This document shows, in pieces, positions 17,493 to 24,915 of a DNA stretch of 30,952 nt. Under the pieces are notes generated by a model, which saw only the letters and a list, made by a program, of their open reading frames with translations, was not told the DNA's origin and made no database searches. The DNA lies in contig JAZDJU010000108.1 of the NCBI GenBank assembly GCA_043803685.1, positions 1 through 30,952 of the forward strand, written 5' to 3'. Position numbers and translations under genes: made by a program. Within the stretch, counting starts at the first letter, position 1. Every line of letters starts with the position of its first letter. Source of the DNA: Candidatus Omnitrophota bacterium (GTDB lineage Bacteria; Omnitrophota; Omnitrophia; Omnitrophales; Aquincolibacteriaceae).

Positions 17493-18758
17493 ATGGATAA
17501 GATCATCATTGAGGGCGGTTTTCGACTTAAGGGCGAGGTCGATGTTTCGGGGTCGAAAAACGCTGTGCTGCCTATTATGGCGGCAGCGCTTCTGACCGAG
17601 GAGGAATCTGTTATTACGAATGTCCCGTCGCTTTGGGACGTTCACACGATGGTGAAACTTCTCCGGTCATTGGGCGCGAAGGCGATCCTTGAGAATGGTT
17701 GTTTAAAGGTCAAGCCGGGCAAGAATCTGAAACCGCTCGCGCCTTACAAGCTTGTAAAGACCATGCGCGCGTCGGTGTGCGTGCTAGGGCCGCTTTTGGC
17801 GCGACTTGGAGAAGCGGAGGTCTCACTTCCCGGGGGTTGCGCCATCGGGCCGAGACCGATCGATCTTCACTTGAAGGGCCTCGAGGCCTTGAATGCTGAG
17901 ATTGTTATCGAGCATGGGTATGTGAAGGTCAAAGCCAAAACGAAATTGCGTGGAGCGGAGATCTACCTCGGTGGCGGCTATGGCTCCTCGGTGCTGGCGA
18001 CAGACAATGTGATGATGGCGGCGACCTTGGCGCATGGAAGAACCGTGATCGAGAACGCGGCCTGCGAACCGGAAGTCGTGGACCTGGCGCGGTTCCTGAA
18101 AAAAATGGGAGCAAAGATCACGGGCGAAGGTTCGCCAAGACTCGAGATCGAGGGCGTCAGAAAACTCCATGGCGCTGAGCACCAGGTGATCCCGGACAGG
18201 ATCGAGGCGGGCACGTTCCTTTATGCTGCGGCGATCACGGGCGGAGACATCCTGGTCCGGAAAATGGAACCGAGCCATCTGAACGCGGTGATCGACAAGC
18301 TTCATCAAGCGGGTGTGCGCGTTGAAAAATTCAAGAACTCCGCGCGTGTAAGAAAAAATGGAAAGTTGAAACCTGTCGATATCACGACACTGCCGTATCC
18401 GGCGTTCCCGACGGACCTGCAGGCTCAGGCGATGGCGCTTGCGACGGTGACGCCCGGGATCAGCGTGATCACGGAAAAGATCTATCCGAACCGTTTTATG
18501 CACGTGCCCGAACTTGGCCGTATGGGCGCGAAGGTTTTTTTAGAGGGGCCGAGCGCCATTGTGCATGGCGTTAAAAAATTGAGCGGAGCGCCGGTGATGG
18601 CCTCCGACCTCAGAGCCAGCGCAGCGCTTGTGCTGGCGGGTCTGGTGGCAGAAGGCGCGACGGAAGTTCAGCGCGTGTATCATCTGGACCGGGGTTATGA
18701 GAACCTCGAACAGAAACTTACGGCCCTCGGAGCTTCGATCCGTAGGGAGAAGGAATAG
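17493..18758 (+). CDS. murA: UDP-N-acetylglucosamine 1-carboxyvinyltransferase
   Basis: [50 protein letters not shown]. Confidence 0.97.
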   Translation: MDKIIIEGGFRLKGEVDVSGSKNAVLPIMAAALLTEEESVITNVPSLWDVHTMVKLLRSLGAKAILENGCLKVKPGKNLKPLAPYKLVKTMRASVCVLGPLLARLGEAEVSLPGGCAIGPRPIDLHLKGLEALNAEIVIEHGYVKVKAKTKLRGAEIYLGGGYGSSVLATDNVMMAATLAHGRTVIENAACEPEVVDLARFLKKMGAKITGEGSPRLEIEGVRKLHGAEHQVIPDRIEAGTFLYAAAITGGDILVRKMEPSHLNAVIDKLHQAGVRVEKFKNSARVRKNGKLKPVDITTLPYPAFPTDLQAQAMALATVTPGISVITEKIYPNRFMHVPELGRMGAKVFLEGPSAIVHGVKKLSGAPVMASDLRASAALVLAGLVAEGATEVQRVYHLDRGYENLEQKLTALGASIRREKE

Positions 18759-18764
18759 TTTTAA

Positions 18765-18836
18765 TCAGCATTCAGCGTTAAGCGGTAAGAAAAAAATCCT
18801 GTTTCTTTAACGCTTACAGCTTAACGCTTATCGCTA
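18765..18836. repeat. Heptamer-repeat hairpin 3 (TMAGCnn-like x4 / TTAnnGC x4) between murA and rpsP
   Basis: tcagcat tcagcgt taagcgg taagaaa ... ttaacgc ttacagc ttaacgc ttatcgc. Confidence 0.65.
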
Positions 18837-18852
18837 TCAACAAGGAGGCAAC

Positions 18853-19116
18853 GTGGCAGTCAAAATCAGAATGAAACGTTTCGGCAGCAAGAATCGTCCT
18901 CAGTGGCGTGTCGTGGTCAGCGATGCGAAGATGCCGCGGGATGGGCGCTTTATCGAGGAGATCGGCTATTATGACGCGCTTCCCAAGGAAGATATTTTCG
19001 TCGTAAAACAGGATCGTCTCGAGTATTGGGTTAAGCAGGGAGCGCAGATGAGCGCGGCCTTGAAGAGCCTTGTGCGGCGCGAGAAGAAAAAAACAAAAGC
19101 GAAAAAGAGCGCCTAG
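18853..19116 (+). CDS. rpsP: 30S ribosomal protein S16
   Basis: [45 protein letters not shown] stop. Confidence 0.96.
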   Translation: MAVKIRMKRFGSKNRPQWRVVVSDAKMPRDGRFIEEIGYYDALPKEDIFVVKQDRLEYWVKQGAQMSAALKSLVRREKKKTKAKKSA

Positions 19117-19270
19117 CACTGTTCTCCATTTGATTTTAAGAGTTAACAGTACTGCCCAAGTCTTTATTTCTTTTTATTAAGGGTGACTTGGACTGCACTG
19201 ATTTTCGATCATTTTTTAATGAAAATCAGGTGCTGTACCGCATACCCTTAATTTCAAATGTGATGCGGTA
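19117..19270 (-). mobile_element. 154-bp four-hairpin MITE-like element, copy 1 (inverted relative to copies 2 and 3)
   Basis: Its reverse complement differs from copy 3 at 7 of 154 positions with no indels. Flanked by CTAG (19113-19116, containing the rpsP stop) and CTAG (19271-19274). Confidence 0.85.
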
Positions 19271-19299
19271 CTAGGACCTTTCGGTCAGAAAGGCGTTCC

Positions 19300-19968
19300 A
19301 TGCTCACGATCGAGATTGTGACGCTTTTCCCGGGCTTTTTTAGCGGCCCGCTTGAGGAATCGCTTTTGGAAAAAGCCCAGGCGAAAGGTCTTTTAAAGGT
19401 CCAGACGCACGATCTTCGCGATTGGACGCACGACCGCCATAAAACCGCGGACGATAAACCGTTCGGCGGCGGGGCGGGAATGGTCATGAAGCCCGAACCG
19501 ATCTTCGAGTGCGTCGAAGCTGTTGGCGAAGACGCCTGGGTGGTGTTGATGGATCCCCAGGGCGAGCCTTTGAGTCAGGCGCTGGCTGAAAAGCTCGCGA
19601 AGAAAAAACATCTTGTCCTGATCGCAGGGCATTATGAGGGCGTGGATCAGCGCGTGAAAGACCACCTGATCGATCAAGAGATCTCGGTGGGTGATTTCAT
19701 CACGATGGGCGGCGAGGCGCCGGCCCTTTGTTTGATTGAGGCGGTTGTGAGACTTGTGCCGGGTGTTCTGGGGAACGCGGAATCGATCAAGCATGAAAGT
19801 TTTCAGACGGGCATGCTGGAGCATCCCCACTATACGCGTCCTCGCGAATACCGGGGGTGGAAAGTCCCTGACGTGCTTGTCTCGGGGGATCATAAAGAGG
19901 TGGCGGCCTGGAGGGGCAAGACGGCCGAGCAAGTCACGAGACGAAGAAGACCCGATCTTTTAAAATAA
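19300..19968 (+). CDS. trmD: tRNA (guanine37-N1)-methyltransferase
   Basis: VTLFP, DDKPFGGGAGMVM, GHYEGVDQRV, SVGDFITMGGE, PGVLG, YTRP. Confidence 0.96.
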   Translation: MLTIEIVTLFPGFFSGPLEESLLEKAQAKGLLKVQTHDLRDWTHDRHKTADDKPFGGGAGMVMKPEPIFECVEAVGEDAWVVLMDPQGEPLSQALAEKLAKKKHLVLIAGHYEGVDQRVKDHLIDQEISVGDFITMGGEAPALCLIEAVVRLVPGVLGNAESIKHESFQTGMLEHPHYTRPREYRGWKVPDVLVSGDHKEVAAWRGKTAEQVTRRRRPDLLK

Positions 19969-19992
19969 TTTACACAAACGGAGAACAGCCAA

Positions 19993-20301
19993 ATGAACAA
20001 AATGGACATAGTTGAAAAAGAAGCTGCAGCGAAAAAGACGCCGGAGTTTCGCGTCGGGGACACTCTCAAGGTGCACGTTCGAGTCAAGGAAGGCGACAAG
20101 ACCCGCACCCAGCTTTTCGAGGGCGTCTGTATCAGTAAAAAGGGAAAGGGCGTTCGCGCGAGTTTCACCGTCCTCAAAGAAAGTTACGGGGACAAGGTCG
20201 AGAAGATCTTCCCGCTTCATTCGCCCAACGTTGAAAAGGTTACCGTCAGCGTGAAAGGCAAAGTTCGCCGCGCGAAACTGTATTACCTGAAAAACAAGTA
20301 A
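19993..20301 (+). CDS. rplS: 50S ribosomal protein L19
   Basis: [38 protein letters not shown]. Confidence 0.96.
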   Translation: MNKMDIVEKEAAAKKTPEFRVGDTLKVHVRVKEGDKTRTQLFEGVCISKKGKGVRASFTVLKESYGDKVEKIFPLHSPNVEKVTVSVKGKVRRAKLYYLKNK

Positions 20302-20323
20302 TCTTCCTCCGGCCCTAAGGACG

Positions 20324-21028
20324 ATGGAAGGAGCTGAAAAAAAATCCCGCCGGGAGATCCTCCTGGAGAAGCTCTTGGATTTTGACCGGCAAGCAACCCC
20401 CGCGCAAGTCGGGGGATGGCTCGCCGGCGTGGATGAGGCCGGGCGCGGCCCTTTGGCCGGTCCCGTGGTCGCGGCAGCCGTGATCCTTGTAAGGCCCGAA
20501 ATCCTTGCCGGCATCAACGACTCCAAAAAGGTGAGCGCCAAGCAGCGCGATGAACTTTACGTCAAGATCGCTCGCTCCGGCATCGTGGGCATCGGCTTCG
20601 CGGACGAAAAACAGATCGACGAACTGAATATCTACGAAGCCACGCGCCTGGCCATGAAAAAGGCCGTGCTGAATCTTTCCCACACTCCCACAGGCCTGCT
20701 GATCGACGGTCCTATGCGCCTGGACCTTGAGATCGAACAAAAGGGCGTTATTCACGGCGATGGGAAATCGGCGAGCATTGCCGCCGCCTCGATCGTAGCC
20801 AAGGTTTTTCGGGACCACTGGATGCAAAAACTTCATGAGCTTTATCCCGCCTACGGATTTCATAACCACAAGGGCTACGGAACGGCCGAGCACATGCAAG
20901 TTCTCAAGGAAAAAGGTCCAGCCCCCATTCACCGGCATAGCTTTGCGCCGGTTCGTGAGGCGGCAGAGGCTTTCCGCGTCCCCAACACGAAGAAAGCGCG
21001 GAACTTTGTTAGCGGAGCGATTTCGTGA
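20324..21028 (+). CDS. rnhB: Ribonuclease HII
   Basis: GVDEAGRGPLAGPVVAAAV, DSKK, IAAASIVAKV, HKGYGT, HRHSF. Confidence 0.95.
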   Translation: MEGAEKKSRREILLEKLLDFDRQATPAQVGGWLAGVDEAGRGPLAGPVVAAAVILVRPEILAGINDSKKVSAKQRDELYVKIARSGIVGIGFADEKQIDELNIYEATRLAMKKAVLNLSHTPTGLLIDGPMRLDLEIEQKGVIHGDGKSASIAAASIVAKVFRDHWMQKLHELYPAYGFHNHKGYGTAEHMQVLKEKGPAPIHRHSFAPVREAAEAFRVPNTKKARNFVSGAIS

Positions 21029-21423
21029 GGCTTAAACCCCACCCCGCGCCTTTTCGGATCTCTTTGGGAGATCGGGGAGAAACGGCAGCCTGCAATTTTT
21101 TGAAAGAAAAAGGCTATGAGATCCTAGAGAAAAATTACCGGTGCAAACTTGGCGAGATCGATGTGATCGCCCGTCGCGCCGGAAGACTCGCGTTCATTGA
21201 GATCAAAACACGGACCAGCGACCGGTTCGGGATGCCGCAAGAGGCGGTGGGCCTCCGCAAGCAGGAGAAGATCTTCAAGATTGCCGCTTGGTATCTCAAG
21301 GAGAAAAGGCTCGAGAGGACTCCGGTCGCTTTTGATGTCGTTGCGGTTCTTTGGAAGGAAGGTCAAGGGCCGGAAATGCGTTTGTTCCCGGACGCTTTTG
21401 AAAAAGAAGACAAACCCAGTTGA
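21025..21423 (+). CDS. yraN: YraN/UPF0102 family putative endonuclease
   Basis: GDRGE, GYEILEKNYRCKLGEIDVIA, FIEIKTR, FDVV; usual neighbour of rnhB. Confidence 0.88.
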   Translation: MRLKPHPAPFRISLGDRGETAACNFLKEKGYEILEKNYRCKLGEIDVIARRAGRLAFIEIKTRTSDRFGMPQEAVGLRKQEKIFKIAAWYLKEKRLERTPVAFDVVAVLWKEGQGPEMRLFPDAFEKEDKPS

Positions 21424-21504
21424 TTCTCCGCCGCAAAGAGTGCAAAATAGGGGCCGTTTCTTTTTTGAACCGTGGAAGATTTTAAAGGGCTAACGTTTTT
21501 AATC

Positions 21505-22830
21505 ATGATCGCGAAAAGCCGGAAAATATTTAGTTTCTTTTGTCTTGGACTCGTCGTATGCGCTTGTGTGGGATATGGTGAAGAGAAAAAAGCCGATCTT
21601 TACGCACCGGTTTACACCCAGCCTCTTGCTCCGGAACCTCTCAAAGACGTTTTTTCAAGGATCCTCGAATTCCCCTTTAAGCTGCTCAAGTGGCCCATGG
21701 ATCAAGGGATCCTTTTCAATGAAAAGCACCGGTTTGATAAAAAAACTAAGTGGATTTACGAACAGTCCATCAAACAAGGCGTTAAACCCTTGTTCGGTTT
21801 TGCGGACATAAGCGGGATCCCTTTTTATGGCGCGGAACTGAACCTTTTGACGCTCTCCCGGCAAAAGGAAAAGTTCCCGGACCTGTTCGCCACCACGACG
21901 CTTCTTCACTGTCCCGGCGTTTTCTTTGCGGTAGGTTCCGAGGTCGGGGCGCAAAAGATCCGTGGGACCGGGTTCCATGCGAAGGGGATCTTCAATTACG
22001 ACCGCCAGGAAAAAGAACCTTTTTACGGTATCGGCCCGCATACGAGTTTGGGAGATAGCACCTCCTACCGGATGGAAACCACCCGAGTCGGTATTGCCAC
22101 CGGCTATGAATTCTCGCCCACGATCGATCTGACCGGAGGCTTTGATTACAGAAAAGTGAACATTTTGAACCGGGCCCATGACGGGAAAGGCGATATCAGA
22201 ACGATCTTTGCCGGACAAAATATTCCCGGCATGGACGGGGACGATCTTTTGGAATATGCGCTGGCGCTCGGGAGGGATACCCGTGACAGCAAGGATGACG
22301 CCTCGAAAGGGAGTTATCAGAAACTCCTCTTTCAATTTACGGAAGGCGTTAATGGTTCTTCGGCCCGCTTCTTCAAATACCAGATCGATATGGCAAAATA
22401 TTTTCAACTGGCATCCCCGAGGCGCATCTTTGCCGCGCGTCTGTTTGCTGAGCACAACGAAAAGATCAGCGGAGGGAACGTTCCTTTTTACAATATGGCG
22501 AAACTGGGGGGTTCCGGCACCAATGTTCGGGATAGCCAAACCGAACGGGCTTTTGTTTATAACCGTTTTTACGGTGAGAGCGCCCTGCTTTTGAACCTCG
22601 AATACCGTTACACGGTGATGGAGTACAAGGAATTCAAGCTCAAAGCCGCTATCTTTTCAGATACCGGTGAAGTTTTCGGAAAGATCCACCAATTTCGTCT
22701 GAAGGACCTCCGGGAGTCGTACGGTGTGGGTCTTTATCTTAGCTATTCCAGAAATACGCTCTTGAATTTTTCCGTAGCCCATGGCAATGAAGGCACTCAA
22801 TTCTACGTTAAGAATAAACTCGCGTTCTAG
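21505..22830 (+). CDS. Omp85/BamA-TamA-family beta-barrel outer membrane protein without evident POTRA domains
   Basis: N-terminal signal peptide, FYGIG, RDTRD, ERAFVYNRF (RGF-like loop-6 motif), EYRY, FSDTGEVF, terminal Phe. Start is ATG 21505 or GTG 21472. Confidence 0.75.
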   Translation: MIAKSRKIFSFFCLGLVVCACVGYGEEKKADLYAPVYTQPLAPEPLKDVFSRILEFPFKLLKWPMDQGILFNEKHRFDKKTKWIYEQSIKQGVKPLFGFADISGIPFYGAELNLLTLSRQKEKFPDLFATTTLLHCPGVFFAVGSEVGAQKIRGTGFHAKGIFNYDRQEKEPFYGIGPHTSLGDSTSYRMETTRVGIATGYEFSPTIDLTGGFDYRKVNILNRAHDGKGDIRTIFAGQNIPGMDGDDLLEYALALGRDTRDSKDDASKGSYQKLLFQFTEGVNGSSARFFKYQIDMAKYFQLASPRRIFAARLFAEHNEKISGGNVPFYNMAKLGGSGTNVRDSQTERAFVYNRFYGESALLLNLEYRYTVMEYKEFKLKAAIFSDTGEVFGKIHQFRLKDLRESYGVGLYLSYSRNTLLNFSVAHGNEGTQFYVKNKLAF

Positions 22831-22984
22831 TATCGCATGGCAATTAAAATTAGGGGTATGCGGTACAGCACCTGATTTGCATTAAAAGATGATCGGAGAT
22901 CAGTGCAGTCCAAGTCGCCAGTCATGAAACGAAATAGAGACTTGGGCAGCACTGTTAACCCCTAAAATCAAATAGAGAACAGTA
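22831..22984 (+). mobile_element. 154-bp four-hairpin MITE-like element, copy 2
   Basis: 17 substitutions versus copy 3 with no indels. Flanked by CTAG (22827-22830, Omp85 stop) and CTAG (22985-22988). Confidence 0.85.
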
Positions 22985-22997
22985 CTAGGATGACGAA

Positions 22998-24650
22998 ATG
23001 AAGAATCGGCAAAAAAACATAGCGCAGCTTGGCAATGGATGGATCCTCATGGCCTTGGGTCTCGGGGTCCTTGGTTTTCCGGGGAATGTCTCGGCTGGGG
23101 AGGTTATCAAGTTCAAGGAGAGCGAGTCTTCCTTTTACAGCGACCTTTTCGACCAAAGCGTTTATAGCGAAGGCATCAACCAACTGGATATGGGGCGCTG
23201 GGGGAGGAAGCTTTTTGGAAAAGCGCTTCCTTCCAAGAATGTGAATATTTTTGACGAAGTCCCGGATTCCGGATTTTTCACGAACCGGCAGGGGCGCAAG
23301 AAGCTCTCACTCGAAGCTCTCGAAATGGGATATCAGGAAACTCCGGGGCCTGATCTCAAGGAGCCCTTGCAGGTCACAGCGGCCGAGCAGCGGGGGATCT
23401 ACCCCAGGTTCTGGGTTCGGGATGCGCTTGGAGATGAATACCTTCTAGAATTCGATCCTCAGGGAAATATGGAGCTTGTAACCGGAGCGGAGGCCGTCGC
23501 CAGCCGGGCCTACTATGCTTTGGGATATAACGTGCCCCAGCTTACGATCCTTTCGGTCAAGCCTGAGCAGTTCCGGGTCGCTCCCGGCGCCACCACGTGG
23601 GAAGACACGGGCTTCAAAAAGGAGCTCAGCCAAAAACGTTTTGAAGAATATCTGATGGTGTTGCCGCAGAACGCGGAAGGTCTTTACCGGGCCTCGGCAT
23701 GCAAGCTCATGAAGGGGCGCTATCGCGGGATCTTCAGCTTTGAATCCCGGAGAAAAGACGACCCAGCGGATCTGGTGAACCATCGTGACCGGCGTGAGAT
23801 ACGGGTGCTCGGGGTCTTCGCTTCCTGGCTCAATCACTTCGACCTTCGTGAAAGTGACACCCTGGATGTGTCCATGGAGGAAAACGGGCAATCCATCATA
23901 AAGCATTACCTGACTGATTTTAGCGGGGCTTTAGGCTCGACGCAGGCGGGCCCCAAGGCGCCGATGCTGGGGTATGAACACCAGATCGATTACGGCGAAA
24001 CCTTCAAGTCAATCCTGGCGCTCGGTTTTCGCGAAAAGCCCTGGCAAAAAAAGTGGCGCTTGGAAGGCAAAAAGATCAACGGGTCCCCCGCCGTGGGTTA
24101 TTTTACGAATGAGGTTTTTGACCCAGGACGGTACAAGACCCAATTTCCTTATGAGGCGTTCCGGCTCGTGACCCGCGCTGACGGACTGTGGGCCGCAAAG
24201 CTTCTGAAGAGTTTTTCTGATGAAGATATCCGGGCCATGGTAAAAGCGGGTCAATACAGCGATCCGAAAAATGAAGAGGTTCTTGTCAAAATTCTGAGCG
24301 AAAGGCGGGACAAGATCGTCCTCTTTTGGCTTTCCCGCGCCAATCCTTTGGACGCGTTCTCCTTTTCTGGAGGAAAATTGACTTTTAAGGACCTAGCCGT
24401 TGAAAGTGGCGCTGCCTCCCAAGAGGGGACGGTGTATGACGTTGAAGTGATGGCTAGTGGCGGGAAAGAAAAGATCGCTCGAAACGAAACGAAAGAGCCC
24501 GTGATCGATGTTCCGCTAGCGTGGGTGCCCGAGAATGGCGAAGCCAAGATCCTTCTTCGCGTTGAACGTAATACTTCAAAAAATCAAAGCCCCGCCGTCA
24601 CGATCTCTTTGAATGCGTCCGGCATTCAAGGGATCCAGCACGAAGATTAG
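22998..24650 (+). CDS. Secreted hypothetical protein with an atypical (HipA/PI3K-like) kinase-fold signature and degenerate catalytic residues
   Basis: Signal peptide ending VSA; RGIYPRFWVRD..G.EYLLEFD, TGAE.VASR..YALGYNVP, WLNHFDLRESDTL, YLTDFSGALG. The ORF is solid; the fold is inferred. Confidence 0.55.
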   Translation: MKNRQKNIAQLGNGWILMALGLGVLGFPGNVSAGEVIKFKESESSFYSDLFDQSVYSEGINQLDMGRWGRKLFGKALPSKNVNIFDEVPDSGFFTNRQGRKKLSLEALEMGYQETPGPDLKEPLQVTAAEQRGIYPRFWVRDALGDEYLLEFDPQGNMELVTGAEAVASRAYYALGYNVPQLTILSVKPEQFRVAPGATTWEDTGFKKELSQKRFEEYLMVLPQNAEGLYRASACKLMKGRYRGIFSFESRRKDDPADLVNHRDRREIRVLGVFASWLNHFDLRESDTLDVSMEENGQSIIKHYLTDFSGALGSTQAGPKAPMLGYEHQIDYGETFKSILALGFREKPWQKKWRLEGKKINGSPAVGYFTNEVFDPGRYKTQFPYEAFRLVTRADGLWAAKLLKSFSDEDIRAMVKAGQYSDPKNEEVLVKILSERRDKIVLFWLSRANPLDAFSFSGGKLTFKDLAVESGAASQEGTVYDVEVMASGGKEKIARNETKEPVIDVPLAWVPENGEAKILLRVERNTSKNQSPAVTISLNASGIQGIQHED

Positions 24651-24804
24651 TACCGCATGACATTCGAAATTAGGGGTATGCGGTACAGCACCTGATTTTC
24701 ATTAAAAAATGATCGGAAATCAGTGCAGTCCAAGTCACCCTTAATAAAAAGAAATAAAGACTTGGGCAGTACTGTTAACCCCTAAAATCAAATGGAGAAC
24801 AGTA
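24651..24804 (+). mobile_element. 154-bp four-hairpin MITE-like element, copy 3
   Basis: About 38% GC. Flanked by TTAG (24647-24650, gene stop) and TTAG (24805-24808). Confidence 0.85.
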
Positions 24805-24854
24805 TTAGTATTACGCCGCTATTCTTGTCGCCGGCTCATCCTGAATAGCCCCCC

Positions 24855-24881
24855 GGGCCGGTTTCCTCGGCCTGTTTTTTT
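24855..24881 (+). terminator. Probable intrinsic terminator
   Basis: GGGCCG-gtttcct-CGGCCT followed by G and T7, between convergent genes. Confidence 0.55.
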
Positions 24882-24915
24882 CGTTGAGGAAACTCTTTGA
24901 TCAGAGATTGGGTGG

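Noticed and set aside
22831..22984. Element as a tRNA, tRNA-like cloverleaf or integron attC site
   Set aside because: The four hairpins are serial with no closing acceptor stem, T-loop or CCA. There are no RYYYAAC/GTTRRRY ends, and the flanking genes include core housekeeping genes.
19117..24804. 154-bp elements as mini-CRISPR arrays
   Set aside because: Units within an element are not identical repeats, the loops are conserved between copies rather than being unique spacers, and there are no cas genes.
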